Of a stretch of DNA of 64,000 nt, positions 10,401 through 18,828 are shown one piece after another. This DNA is from a virus. Lineage: Duplodnaviria; Caudoviricetes. Numbering within the stretch: position 1 is the first letter of the stretch; each line of letters begins with the position of its first letter. The stretch lies in the IMG/VR virus record IMGVR_UViG_2816332268_000002, positions 40,465-104,464 of that record. The stretch is one strand, 5' to 3'. The position numbers and the translations under genes were made by a program. The notes under the pieces are model-generated. The model was given only the letters and a program-made list of their open reading frames with translations. It searched no databases and was not told where the DNA came from.

Positions 10401-11835
10401 CGGCACGACGACTGACGACGGCACGAACCTGCTGCAAGTGGCCGGCACCGGCATGTTCTCGAACGCCGTTTCCGCCTACAGCAGCACGAACGACACGCAG
10501 GTTACGTTGTCGACGTCAAATTACAGCGGCGGCGCAACGCTGGAGGCGTTCAACAAGGCCAACACGTCCAAAAAGAACATCGCATTGGCGCCTTGGGGTG
10601 GACGAGTCCTTATCGGGAGCGCGGCTGACGACGCCACGTCTCTGCTGCAGGTGGGCGGGAAGGCGCGGTTCACCGGCGACGTGCGGACATCCGATTCGAA
10701 CGGCTTCCGGGTTGTGTATGGCAACTACGGCGCTTTTCTGCGAAACGACGGCTCGGACGTTTATCTCCTGCAAACGGCGAGCGGGGATCAGTCTGGGCTG
10801 TGGAATAGCTATCGGCCGTTTGCGTGGAACCTCTCGAGCGGCTATGTCTCGATCGATAGCACGGGCTCGGGGGCTTCGTTCGGGGGCAATGTTGGAGTTT
10901 CGGGAACGCTGACGGTCAGCAAGGACGCCCGTGTCGCGACGACTGGTGGCAATCTGATGGTTGGCGGCCTTTCCTACGCAAGTGGCACGAACGCCACCAT
11001 CGCGCCCGATGGAAACGTCTGGGGAACGCAGTGGGGCAGCCAGTGGCTCCGCACGTTCCTGGATACTACGTTCGTCCATAAGGCCGGAGACACGCTCACG
11101 AGCGATCTGCGTGTGCGCGCGCCGAACAACGCCACTGCCGCCGGCGCAGTGTTCGCTCGTCCGGATAACACCGCACTCGCATGGCTCCACGGCTCGATGA
11201 GCAACGGGGGCGCATACGGTTACTCGTCCTGGGCGACGATGAACCCGGATGGCTCGTGGCGTGCGAACGTCATCACTGTGAATGGCACGGACAACTCCGC
11301 GACCATCATGAACTTGCGCGCCAACGGAGTGACGTATCTCAGCGACCGAATCACTCTCGACCGCGCTGGCTGGCAGGCTGACATCGGGCTGCACAATAAC
11401 CGGCAGGGGCAGGATTCGTGGACATACCTGCGCGCCCGTGACGGTGGCGGCCTCGAAGTCATCAACAGCGCTTACAACGGCGTGCCGTGGAACGTCAGCA
11501 ACGACGGCCAGACGTGGCAAAACGGTAACCTGCACGTCGGCGGATCGACTTTGCAGACGGACGGGAATCTGTGGCAAGGCTATCGTAGCCGCTGGCTTTC
11601 CGACGACATGGGGAAGCTCGATGACGCATGGAATAAAGCGAACGACGCGCAAGTAAACCGGGCTGACCGGGGCGCGCAGTGCCAGATTGTGGCACTCGAA
11701 GAAGTTGGCCCCTACGATATGACCCAAGGCACGCAATTTTGGATTCGTCGGGATAACCCGTGGGTCATGAATGGTATCGGGTTTGCGGGCGGTAACCGCT
11801 GCTGGGTCCGCTTCGCATGGCTCCGTAACAACTAG
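7417..11835 (+). CDS. Long tail fibre protein (Stf-like Ala/Ser shaft plus repeated fibre modules)
   Basis: Ala/Ser-rich SETNAK-type repeats; five GRVLxG..DDG..LQV.G modules; two LRNDGS..Y.L...WN.YRP modules. Confidence 0.9.
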   Translation: MAQLKVKCSIDNGGQTVTLPGQNVAYRIRANNIFLIVGEYVPYVVAADATFDGTSTKFTLAGAYQGQGGVGLDCAVATDFTVPDNLPTLSQGDVGTAAIFTKAMYQIQDMIKEVSPEGFAASISEIHASLNGAQQAQAAAAGSAGAAADSAANAAGSATAAAGSSSAAAASKSAAATSAANAKTSETNAAASATAAANSATSSANSASNSGSSASASAASSISAANSATNAANSASAAAASATNAKASETNSKTSETNAKTSETNAKASETSAASSKAAAATSATNAANSATAAAGSATAAAGSASAASASASSASSALTQVQGILTTMNALYLGKQSADPTKDNNGNPLVVGCEYFNTTTNQMRVYTSTGWQDQDATAETMAANATASASQAAGSATAADNSAAAAASSASSASSSKAAAATSATNAANSASAAAASQTSAATSATNAANSATAAANSAAQAQTAVSGYAKLDGSSPFTGPVSVNSAPTATSAQLSVKGASGANGVESKMRFWGTFGGTNTDTGSRLIASVRAGFDGGAWGKEYLDFLVNNSANDSQSDANQARAMRLTFGGRVLVGDTSDDGYSGLQVAGSGTFGGGVTSSGLDRGGANFRLMNGKDVLLRNDGSNFYFLLSNGSGTGASWNNYRPLTINVATGVVSIDDTGVGTYVGGQLNVKGMLNVSNGPAEGRALFGPSGGYYFGSATQAGFYLPSSGAMFAFDFAKKNLVIGSGSEVWHAGNLSSPAQTTGITMSGQFLAAEGSVGTPGIAFANDGAPDTGFFHVADGVFAITNNSRETMRFLAADGTYQNNRVLIGTTVDDGNMLQVGGNAVTRGLHRFGSGATTAWVNSDATWGYFRSNGNVSVGSEGATGSLQLLAGKAEAARLYPGGRMTIGGIADDGTTSLQSKGAIKAIGSVGAFVATNGGGDKQTSIILRREAAPTDQKQWEVLHGGDGAFTIRAVNDAYSQAQDAFYISRGAGIAAGNIGLMPNGGRVLVGTTTDDGTNLLQVAGTGMFSNAVSAYSSTNDTQVTLSTSNYSGGATLEAFNKANTSKKNIALAPWGGRVLIGSAADDATSLLQVGGKARFTGDVRTSDSNGFRVVYGNYGAFLRNDGSDVYLLQTASGDQSGLWNSYRPFAWNLSSGYVSIDSTGSGASFGGNVGVSGTLTVSKDARVATTGGNLMVGGLSYASGTNATIAPDGNVWGTQWGSQWLRTFLDTTFVHKAGDTLTSDLRVRAPNNATAAGAVFARPDNTALAWLHGSMSNGGAYGYSSWATMNPDGSWRANVITVNGTDNSATIMNLRANGVTYLSDRITLDRAGWQADIGLHNNRQGQDSWTYLRARDGGGLEVINSAYNGVPWNVSNDGQTWQNGNLHVGGSTLQTDGNLWQGYRSRWLSDDMGKLDDAWNKANDAQVNRADRGAQCQIVALEEVGPYDMTQGTQFWIRRDNPWVMNGIGFAGGNRCWVRFAWLRNN

Positions 11836-11846
11836 TAAGGATACCT

Positions 11847-12248
11847 ATGACTGAAGAATTTGTGACGTTGGATGAATTGCTGTTTGCCCTTCAGCAAGAG
11901 TATCCGGATTTGGTCGGAGGCAAGGATTACTTGCTTGCTCGGGCGCTCAATCCGGACGGCACGCCAAAGGAACATGCGCGAGTCCATAAGTGGCCTGACG
12001 GTATCGACAGGCCGGATGCAGACTGGATACAGGCGCATGTCGCTGCGCACCGGAAAGCGTTCCAAGAAGCCCCAGTGCGTAATCAACGAGATCAGCTGTT
12101 GGCGCAGACGGATTGGACACAGGCAGCAGATGTGCCGGCGACCACCGCCGCACGATATGCAGCCTACAGGCAGGCGTTGCGAGATCTGCCGGAGCAGGCC
12201 GGCTGGCCGCTCGATGTTCAGTGGCCAACGCCACCGAATCGCACTTGA
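11847..12248 (+). CDS. Tail fibre assembly chaperone
   Basis: C-terminal RNQRDQLLAQTDWTQ..D...YRQALRDLPEQ.GWP..V.WP.PP chaperone motif; follows the fibre gene. Confidence 0.85.
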   Translation: MTEEFVTLDELLFALQQEYPDLVGGKDYLLARALNPDGTPKEHARVHKWPDGIDRPDADWIQAHVAAHRKAFQEAPVRNQRDQLLAQTDWTQAADVPATTAARYAAYRQALRDLPEQAGWPLDVQWPTPPNRT

Positions 12249-12290
12249 CACCGGGCCAGGCCCGATCACTTTCAACCACAGGAGCCAAAC

Positions 12291-12623
12291 ATGGCGATCA
12301 AGCAAGCAGTTGTTCTCGAATCCACCGGCGCTACTGCCGAGTATCACGTTGTCACTCAGGTGATGATCGATACGCTCAGCAAGACGACGAGCGCGACGAT
12401 CATGAGCTACGTCTCGGCGGACACGCACACGTCGGGGAAGCAGCCGATTCAGGGCGCGACGACCATCTACATGCAGGGTATCCCCGATGCGAACGAGGGC
12501 GCGATTTCGTTCGCTGAAAAGCTGCTGATTATCAGCAAGCCGGAAGACGGTGATCAGACCGCCGGTGTGCTGCCGTATGGCGCGAACCGCTACATGCTCG
12601 CGGGAGGCACGATCGTCGAGTAA
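12291..12623 (+). CDS. Tail-associated hypothetical protein
   Basis: RBS CAGGAG; end of tail operon. Confidence 0.7.
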   Translation: MAIKQAVVLESTGATAEYHVVTQVMIDTLSKTTSATIMSYVSADTHTSGKQPIQGATTIYMQGIPDANEGAISFAEKLLIISKPEDGDQTAGVLPYGANRYMLAGGTIVE

Positions 12624-12647
12624 TAGCCCGTTGATGTAGTCCATATA

Positions 12648-12667
12648 GTAAGTCACTAATGACTATA
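12648..12667. promoter_or_regulatory. Palindromic site before the lysis cassette
   Basis: GTAAGTCA-ctaa-TGACTATA. Confidence 0.8.
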
Positions 12668-12705
12668 CATCGTCGATGTTTGCGGATAACATCGGCGATG
12701 TTTTT
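12667..12705 (+). terminator. Putative intrinsic terminator of the tail operon (has an alternative fold)
   Basis: ACATCGTCGATGTT-7 nt loop-AACATCGGCGATGT followed by TTTT. Confidence 0.6.
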
Positions 12706-12736
12706 ATCCGCTGAGCGAGAGACTGCGAAGGGACTT

Positions 12737-13105
12737 ATGACCGCTGAAAAGGACAACGACGTGTCGGAGCTCGCCGCGCTGGGTAGCCAGATCAGGGACG
12801 TGCAGGGGCACGTCGCCGAAATCAAGACTGGGATGGGCCAAGTTGCGGACGCGATCGTCCGCCTGGCAGTGATCGAAGAGCGCCATCTGGCAACGCGTGC
12901 GCGCGTCGAGAAGCTCGAGGATCGCATGGTCGACGTATCGAGCCGAACAACCGAGCTCGAGAAGTCGCACATCAAGTATGAAGCGCGGTTCGCCGGCGCC
13001 ACATGGACGGCCAAGGCCGTATGGGCGCTGCTTGGAGGCGCTGCTCTGACTATCGCCGGCAAGCTGTTGATGATGGCAATGGCAGCTCCGGCCGCTACGC
13101 ACTAA
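12737..13105 (+). CDS. Coiled-coil protein with a C-terminal TM helix (holin/antiholin or XhlA-like)
   Basis: Heptad-rich N-terminus and one hydrophobic helix; immediately upstream of the endolysin. Confidence 0.65.
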   Translation: MTAEKDNDVSELAALGSQIRDVQGHVAEIKTGMGQVADAIVRLAVIEERHLATRARVEKLEDRMVDVSSRTTELEKSHIKYEARFAGATWTAKAVWALLGGAALTIAGKLLMMAMAAPAATH

Positions 13106-13117
13106 GGGGGCCGCGCC

Positions 13118-13660
13118 ATGAACATGACTTATTCCAAGACCGGACTGCAACTGACGGAGCACTTCGAGGGCTGCGTGCTTTACGCCTACCCGGATCCGAA
13201 GTCTCCGCTGGGGGTAGAGCTCCAACGCCGCGGGCTCTGGAAGAAAACGCTCGCCGGTGCGCCGATCGCTGCCGACCTACTCAACAAGTTGAGCGCGCGG
13301 CCGTGGACGATCGGCTACGGCCATACCGGGCCGGAAGTGCGTTACGGGCTGGTATGGACGCAAGCGCAAGCGGAGGCGGCACTGATGAAGGATGTGCAGG
13401 CTGCGGTCGACGCAGTCAACCGTCTCGTGAAGGTGCCGCTGAGCCAATGCCAGTTCGATGCGCTCGTCGATTTTGTCTTCAACCTCGGCGAAACGCGATT
13501 TGCGGGCTCCACCATGCTGCGTCTGCTGAACGCCGGTCTGTATGAGGCCGCCGCCAACGAATTCCAAAGGTGGGATATGGCAGGCGGCGTTCACGTTGCG
13601 GGCCTGCTGCGGCGCCGGCAAGCCGAAGCGCGGGAATTCCGCTGCGAGGAGCCGGCATGA
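13118..13660 (+). CDS. Endolysin, GH24 lysozyme
   Basis: FEG...AY.D...WTIGYGHT...QFDALVDFVFNLG...GLLRRRQAE motifs. Confidence 0.93.
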   Translation: MNMTYSKTGLQLTEHFEGCVLYAYPDPKSPLGVELQRRGLWKKTLAGAPIAADLLNKLSARPWTIGYGHTGPEVRYGLVWTQAQAEAALMKDVQAAVDAVNRLVKVPLSQCQFDALVDFVFNLGETRFAGSTMLRLLNAGLYEAAANEFQRWDMAGGVHVAGLLRRRQAEAREFRCEEPA

Positions 13661-13926
13661 GCCTGCTTAAGCTGAAGATCTTCTTCCACCACTTGTTCAC
13701 GGAAGTCGATAACGCGACGCCGGATCTGGCGAAATACATGGCCGCGATCACGTCGCTGGACTTTGTGTTCACGCAGACGTGGGACACCGTCGTCAACAAG
13801 GTTCCGTTCAATGCTACGGCATTCGGCACAGGCGGCGCGGCTTTGTTCGCCGGCATCGGTGTGTGGATGGCTGTGAAGAAGGACTCCCCGATGAAGACCG
13901 ACGATGAGACGAAGGAGGCAGGCTGA
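13657..13926 (+). CDS. Putative holin
   Basis: ATGA overlap with the endolysin; 89 aa, hydrophobic segments, charged C-terminus. Confidence 0.6.
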   Translation: MSLLKLKIFFHHLFTEVDNATPDLAKYMAAITSLDFVFTQTWDTVVNKVPFNATAFGTGGAALFAGIGVWMAVKKDSPMKTDDETKEAG

Positions 13927-14510
13927 TGAATCCGCTCGCGAAGATTGGTGTGCTTGCGCTTGCCTGCGCCATCGCCTTCGGCGCAGGCGCCTACGTCGAC
14001 CGCCAGTTCGTGCTGGCATCGCGGGCAAAGCAGGAGGTGAAGGTTGTTGCGGGTGTAGCGACCGGCGTCGCAGTGGCGCAGACGAAGAGCAAGACGGTCG
14101 AGGCGGCAGTGACTGTCACTGCCGACAACATCGATCAGAACAAGGTCGCTATCCGTCATCGGGTTGCGGCGCAGATCAAGCGGGCCGTCGCGCCCGCGCC
14201 CACTCCCAGTGAGGAAGCACATGAAACGATGCGCGCTGCTTGCGGCGGCTTTTATCTTGATGTCGGCACTGTCCGCATGCTCAACGCAAGCCGCGCCGGA
14301 GTCGCTTTTCATTCCACCGCAAGCGGCGATGAAGCGGGCGACGCCGCTCCGGCCCTTTGCTTTACCGACTTCGTCGACGCCGACCAAGAACTGACGAAGC
14401 TCTACTTGGACCTGGCGCAGCGCCACGACGCGCTCGTCGATTCGGTGGAACAGTTTCAGAAGGAGCAGCGCGCGCGACTCGGTGTCGATGACACGCCGCT
14501 CGGCAAGTAG
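13926..14510 (+). CDS. Inner-membrane spanin (Rz-like)
   Basis: N-terminal TM helix and periplasmic coiled region; last gene of the lysis cassette. Confidence 0.75.
   Translation: MNPLAKIGVLALACAIAFGAGAYVDRQFVLASRAKQEVKVVAGVATGVAVAQTKSKTVEAAVTVTADNIDQNKVAIRHRVAAQIKRAVAPAPTPSEEAHETMRAACGGFYLDVGTVRMLNASRAGVAFHSTASGDEAGDAAPALCFTDFVDADQELTKLYLDLAQRHDALVDSVEQFQKEQRARLGVDDTPLGK
14221..14394 (+). CDS. Outer-membrane lipoprotein spanin (Rz1-like), embedded in Rz
   Basis: RBS GAGGA at 14211; MKRCALLAAAFILMSALSAC signal peptide with lipobox LSAC; Pro-rich mature part; +1 frame inside Rz. Confidence 0.75.
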   Translation: MKRCALLAAAFILMSALSACSTQAAPESLFIPPQAAMKRATPLRPFALPTSSTPTKN

Positions 14511-14514
14511 GAAG

Positions 14515-14543
14515 CCTCCCCGAGCCGCATCTTCTCGGGGAGG
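14515..14543 (+). terminator. Hairpin after the lysis cassette
   Basis: CCTCCCCGAG ... CTCGGGGAGG perfect 10-bp stem; no clear U-tract. Confidence 0.45.
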
Positions 14544-14664
14544 ATCTAGGATTGCTTGGGGCCAGGACCGCGCTCCCTCAATTTCTAACCTTTCTAAATT
14601 CCATGAACCTATACCTATAATTAATCTGAAACTTATCAATAATGGAAATGAGAGGAAGCCCCAA

Positions 14665-15351
14665 GTGCTCCATGAATTTTTCGGCCAGTCGTTGACACCG
14701 GCGGATTGCGAAATGCTTGCGTTGTCTCGTATCGCGCCGTCGTCGCGGGCGGTGGAGGCGCTGCTATTTCTGCGTAAGTGGTTCGACTACCGCCATCTGC
14801 ATCCCGTGCAAGCGACGTATCTATTCGCTCACGAGTATCACGATGCAATCAAGCGGGCATACGCACGGCAGAAGGACATCCGCACTGTCGAGAAGATCAA
14901 GCCGATCGACGTAGCGGGGTTGTTCGATAGCCGGGAGCTGGCCGCCGTATGGCGAGCGAGGCAGGCGTTCGACGCGGTCGGATGCCGGTATGAGTTCGGC
15001 CTCGACTTCGTCGTGCGCCGGGCATGCGATCGCGGTTGGCGGACATTTCCCCGGCCCAACCAGCTCTATGCAGAAGAGGTGGCGCTGGATCTGCGCGACG
15101 CATGGATTGCCGAATGCAAGAAGTCAATCCAGCTGGCGCGTGACGAGCGTTTTCTGATTGAGAACTACCGCGGCCACCCTGACCAAATTGCATACCAAGC
15201 GTGGCAGATCGACCAGATCAAGAGCCGCGGTGGTAACCGGGCAATGCTGCTTTCGCGGCTGCTGAGCGAGCGGGCCGTCTCTGAATCGGTGGCACGCGCG
15301 GCGTTCGGCGAGGTGACACTGCAGCAAGCGAAGCGTTTTTTTCTCAATTAG
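14665..15351 (+). CDS. Hypothetical phage protein upstream of the replication operon
   Basis: GTG start with RBS GAGG at 14652, after an AT-rich promoter region; KWFDYRHLHP motif. Confidence 0.7.
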   Translation: MLHEFFGQSLTPADCEMLALSRIAPSSRAVEALLFLRKWFDYRHLHPVQATYLFAHEYHDAIKRAYARQKDIRTVEKIKPIDVAGLFDSRELAAVWRARQAFDAVGCRYEFGLDFVVRRACDRGWRTFPRPNQLYAEEVALDLRDAWIAECKKSIQLARDERFLIENYRGHPDQIAYQAWQIDQIKSRGGNRAMLLSRLLSERAVSESVARAAFGEVTLQQAKRFFLN

Positions 15352-15352
15352 A

Positions 15353-15374
15353 GTAAGTAAGCAATGACTATAAT
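15353..15374. promoter_or_regulatory. Palindromic site plus TATAAT before hfq-dnaB
   Basis: GTAAGTAA-gcaa-TGACTATAAT; 15352-15375 identical to 18302-18325. Confidence 0.8.
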
Positions 15375-15416
15375 TAAGTCATCGCTAATTTTTCATCAAC
15401 TCACTGGAGTTCCAGC

Positions 15417-15800
15417 ATGACCCCCGAGCAAGCTCGCCAAGAACAGATCAACGCCGGCCGCCGAATGATTACGCTCGAGCATCGCACGCTCGAAAGCCGC
15501 ACGGGCAGTGTCGCTCGTCCGCAGTATGGGGAACAGCGCCCGCGTGCCACCGCACGCCCGCCGAAGGGTCACGATGCCATCCTCAAGGCGATGCAGGAAG
15601 AACGTCAGCTCGCCACGATCATCACTACGGGTGACGTCACGTTCGAAGGGCTGGTGACCGGCCGCGACAAATATACGATCACGCTGCTGACCAAGCATCC
15701 GAAGGACTCGACGCGTCTGATTCGTCGCGTGTTCTACAAGCATGCGATCGAACAGTTCTTCGGCGTGCCCCAGGACAGCGATACGTCGGCGGTGCAGTGA
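15417..15800 (+). CDS. hfq: Hfq/LSm-like protein
   Basis: Gapless Sm1 match (D.IL.A...ER....I.........G.....D.Y.I.L) and Sm2 YKHAI signature of Hfq. Confidence 0.8.
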   Translation: MTPEQARQEQINAGRRMITLEHRTLESRTGSVARPQYGEQRPRATARPPKGHDAILKAMQEERQLATIITTGDVTFEGLVTGRDKYTITLLTKHPKDSTRLIRRVFYKHAIEQFFGVPQDSDTSAVQ

Positions 15801-17197
15801 TGAGCGTGGTGGCATTGTCAGCAGTGCCGTCGACGACGCCGGCCGCAGAAGCGGCCGAGCCGCCGATGAGCAAGTTCCAGTTCGACGGTGACTTTCAGTC
15901 GCGTATTGCGGCCCTTACCCTGCGTGACACGTCCTTCAACCAGATGGTCGATGGGCTGGTCGAGCCGGGGCATTTCGAGTCTGAGATCGAGTCCTATCTT
16001 GTCAGCGTCGCGCTGCGCTACTGGAGCAAGTATCGCAAGGCACCGGCAAACATCGGCATCTACGCAATGCTATTGCGGGAAGACCTGGACGCCAAAGTGC
16101 TACCGAAAGCGCTCGGCGTTGCGGCGATCGCTCACCTGAAGAATCTGTTCGAGACGGACATTTCCGACCGCGACTTCGTGGTCGATCAGGTTGCGACGTT
16201 CGCTCGGCATCAGGCCATGCAGGCTGCGATGTTCAAGGCGATCCCGAAGCTCGACCGCAACGATTTCGACGGCATTTCGAAGCTCATGCAGACGGCGCTG
16301 AACGTCGGCGCGAACGCAGAGGGGGACACCTACGATTTTGCGGCGTCGATTGACAACCGCACCGGCATCCGTCTGGAGCGCGCGTCGGGCAAGCTGCCGC
16401 CGCAAGGCATCACGACCGGCTACCGGGTGATCGACGATCTGCTCTATCACCGCGGCTGGGGCCGCAAAGAGCTGTCGGTGCTACTGGGCGCTGCGAAGGC
16501 GGGCAAGACGACCGCGCTGATCGACTTCGGCATCGGTGCTTGGGCCGCCGGCCACAACGTCTACTACGCGTCGTGTGAAGTCTCGCGGGAGGTGATCTCC
16601 GACCGGATGGACGCCAACATCGCCGAGCAGGCAATGATGGAGCTCGGGGCGCACACGCACGAAGTCCGCGACAAGGTTCGCCTGTTCGCAGACCGCGCGC
16701 GGCGCGCCGACGGCACGAACGCGAAGTTCATGATCGACGAGTTCCCGACCGGCTCGCTGAAGGTGTCGGAGCTTCGTCGGCGTCTCGAGCGGTTCAAGCA
16801 GCAGGGCATCGTTTTCGATCTGGTCATCGTCGACTACGCCGACATCATGTCGCCGGAGCGAGTCACGGACTCCGCGATCGAGAATTCCAAGTCGGTCTAC
16901 GTTGACCTGCGCGGGTTGGCGATTCGAGAAGGGCTCGCAGTGCTGACCGCAACGCAGTCGAACCGGATCGGCGCGAACGCGAACGTCATCAAGGCCGAGC
17001 ACGTCGCTGAAGACTTCAACAAGGTCCGTATCGCAGACATCATCATTTCGATCAACCGCACCGAAGAAGAGCGCGCAGCGGGCCGGGCTCGGCTGTATTT
17101 CGCAGCGTCGCGAAACCAAGGCGGGGAATTCACGATTGAGATCGAGCAGGCGATGGACCGGATGAAGTTCATTACCAAGGTGCTCGGCTTCGCATAA
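15797..17197 (+). CDS. dnaB: Replicative DNA helicase (DnaB/gp41 family)
   Basis: Walker A GAAKAGKT; VIVDYAD; TATQSNR; AEDF.K. Confidence 0.92.
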   Translation: MMSVVALSAVPSTTPAAEAAEPPMSKFQFDGDFQSRIAALTLRDTSFNQMVDGLVEPGHFESEIESYLVSVALRYWSKYRKAPANIGIYAMLLREDLDAKVLPKALGVAAIAHLKNLFETDISDRDFVVDQVATFARHQAMQAAMFKAIPKLDRNDFDGISKLMQTALNVGANAEGDTYDFAASIDNRTGIRLERASGKLPPQGITTGYRVIDDLLYHRGWGRKELSVLLGAAKAGKTTALIDFGIGAWAAGHNVYYASCEVSREVISDRMDANIAEQAMMELGAHTHEVRDKVRLFADRARRADGTNAKFMIDEFPTGSLKVSELRRRLERFKQQGIVFDLVIVDYADIMSPERVTDSAIENSKSVYVDLRGLAIREGLAVLTATQSNRIGANANVIKAEHVAEDFNKVRIADIIISINRTEEERAAGRARLYFAASRNQGGEFTIEIEQAMDRMKFITKVLGFA

Positions 17198-17206
17198 GGA
17201 GCAACA

Positions 17207-18310
17207 ATGGCGACTGACGATCTGTCAGAGCTGCTGGATACCATCGATATGCCCTCGTGGATGGATCGCGAGGGCATTTCTTATCGGCTCACGCACGGCC
17301 GATCGGGCCAGCAAATCAACGTGCGGGAATGCCCGACGTGCGGCAACTCCGACTGGAAGGTCTACGTCAACGCCGACACCGGCGTCGGCAACTGCTTCGC
17401 CGGCTCGCACCCGGTCGAAGAGCGGATCTTCACCAAATACCGGTTCATTCGCGACCATCTGGGTCGGCCGCACGGTTCGAAAGTCATCGAGCACATCAGG
17501 GCATACGCGCGCGAACAGGGCTGGCGGCCGGCGCGACGTCAATCCGTCGAGGTCGAGAAGCATGTCGGCTGGGAGCTGCCGCAGCACATCGACCTACCTC
17601 ATGAGGGGCGCAACCTCGCCTATCTCGAGAACCGCGGCATCACTGCGGACCTGTCTGCGTATTTTCACCTCGCCTACTGCCCGCGCGGTGCGCACTTCCG
17701 GTATCCGGCCGAGCGTGGTTGGGCCTACCAGGACTACAGCGCACGCGTGCTGATCCCGGTGTTCGACATGGATGGGAAGCTCGCGACATTTCAGGGGCGC
17801 GACGTGACCGGCCATGCCGAGAAGAAGTATCTCTTCCCGCCGGGCATCGATGGATCGGGCGTGCATCTGTTCAACGGGCTCAACGTCCACGACACGAAGC
17901 GCATAGCGGTAGGTGAGGGCGCGTTCGACGTAGCGGCGATCAAGATCGCGCTCGACGCGGATCCGCAACTGCGCGACGTGGTTCCGGTGGGCACGTTCGG
18001 CAAGCACCTGTCGTCGGGCAGCGATAACAGTCAGCTCGCGAAGTTCATGTTGCTCAGGGAGCGCGGCGTCGAGGAGGTGACCTTCATGTGGGATGGGGAA
18101 GTTCAGGCGACCGACGACGCGGTCGAGGCCGGATTGATGCTGCGCCAGCACGGGTTTCGCGTGCGTATCGCAATGCTTCCGCCCGAGAAAGATCCGAACG
18201 AGGTGCCTGCCGAGGTGGTGCGGCGCGCGTTCTATGGGGCGACGCTGCTGAACGGGGTGTCAGCGATGCAGCTCCGAATGAGTCGTCGTATTATGAATTC
18301 AAGTAAGTAA
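17207..18310 (+). CDS. DNA primase (Zn finger plus TOPRIM)
   Basis: CPTC...C..H zinc finger; FQGR; VGEGAFD; WDGE; KDPNE; follows the helicase. Confidence 0.88.
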   Translation: MATDDLSELLDTIDMPSWMDREGISYRLTHGRSGQQINVRECPTCGNSDWKVYVNADTGVGNCFAGSHPVEERIFTKYRFIRDHLGRPHGSKVIEHIRAYAREQGWRPARRQSVEVEKHVGWELPQHIDLPHEGRNLAYLENRGITADLSAYFHLAYCPRGAHFRYPAERGWAYQDYSARVLIPVFDMDGKLATFQGRDVTGHAEKKYLFPPGIDGSGVHLFNGLNVHDTKRIAVGEGAFDVAAIKIALDADPQLRDVVPVGTFGKHLSSGSDNSQLAKFMLLRERGVEEVTFMWDGEVQATDDAVEAGLMLRQHGFRVRIAMLPPEKDPNEVPAEVVRRAFYGATLLNGVSAMQLRMSRRIMNSSK

Positions 18311-18324
18311 GCAATGACTATAAT
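18303..18324. promoter_or_regulatory. Palindromic site plus TATAAT
   Basis: GTAAGTAA-gcaa-TGACTATAAT. Confidence 0.8.
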
Positions 18325-18351
18325 TCAGGTATCAGCAATTTCGGAGGTGTC

Positions 18352-18819
18352 ATGAAGCTACGGCGCAGCTTTTCCCAGCACGAGCTCGGCACGAAGGCAT
18401 ATCAGGTCATCGAGGTGGAGATCGATGACAAGTTCGCCGTCGTCAATCAATACGGCAAATTCAATCCTGGCGACTCGATAGAGGGGTGGAGCGCGAAGGT
18501 AGATCTGAGTGGGCCGTATTCGTGGACTAAGTCGCGCGATCTGCAGGACAAGAAGATCAACGAGAAGCGGCGGCGCGGCTACAAGGAGTGGGATGCGTCC
18601 GAATTGTCGTTTGGTTCGGAGCGCGAGCTGATGGACGCGTTGAAGCGCCTCATCGGGCCATTCAAGGCCGAAGCAGTCCGGCAGCTTCTCGTCGGCGGGG
18701 CTTCCCGCGCGGTTTCCGATGACTCGCCAGTGGGCGCTCCCGAAAATGACACCAAGGGCAGCAAGAAAGTGCCCGCACCGCGAACCGAAGAATCGACGCC
18801 CGAATGGGCCACTTGGTAG
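18352..18819 (+). CDS. WGR-like domain protein
   Basis: K.Y.V......V..QYGK......KKINEKRRRGY pattern matches the WGR fold. Confidence 0.6.
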   Translation: MKLRRSFSQHELGTKAYQVIEVEIDDKFAVVNQYGKFNPGDSIEGWSAKVDLSGPYSWTKSRDLQDKKINEKRRRGYKEWDASELSFGSERELMDALKRLIGPFKAEAVRQLLVGGASRAVSDDSPVGAPENDTKGSKKVPAPRTEESTPEWATW

Positions 18820-18828
18820 GAGAAGGTA

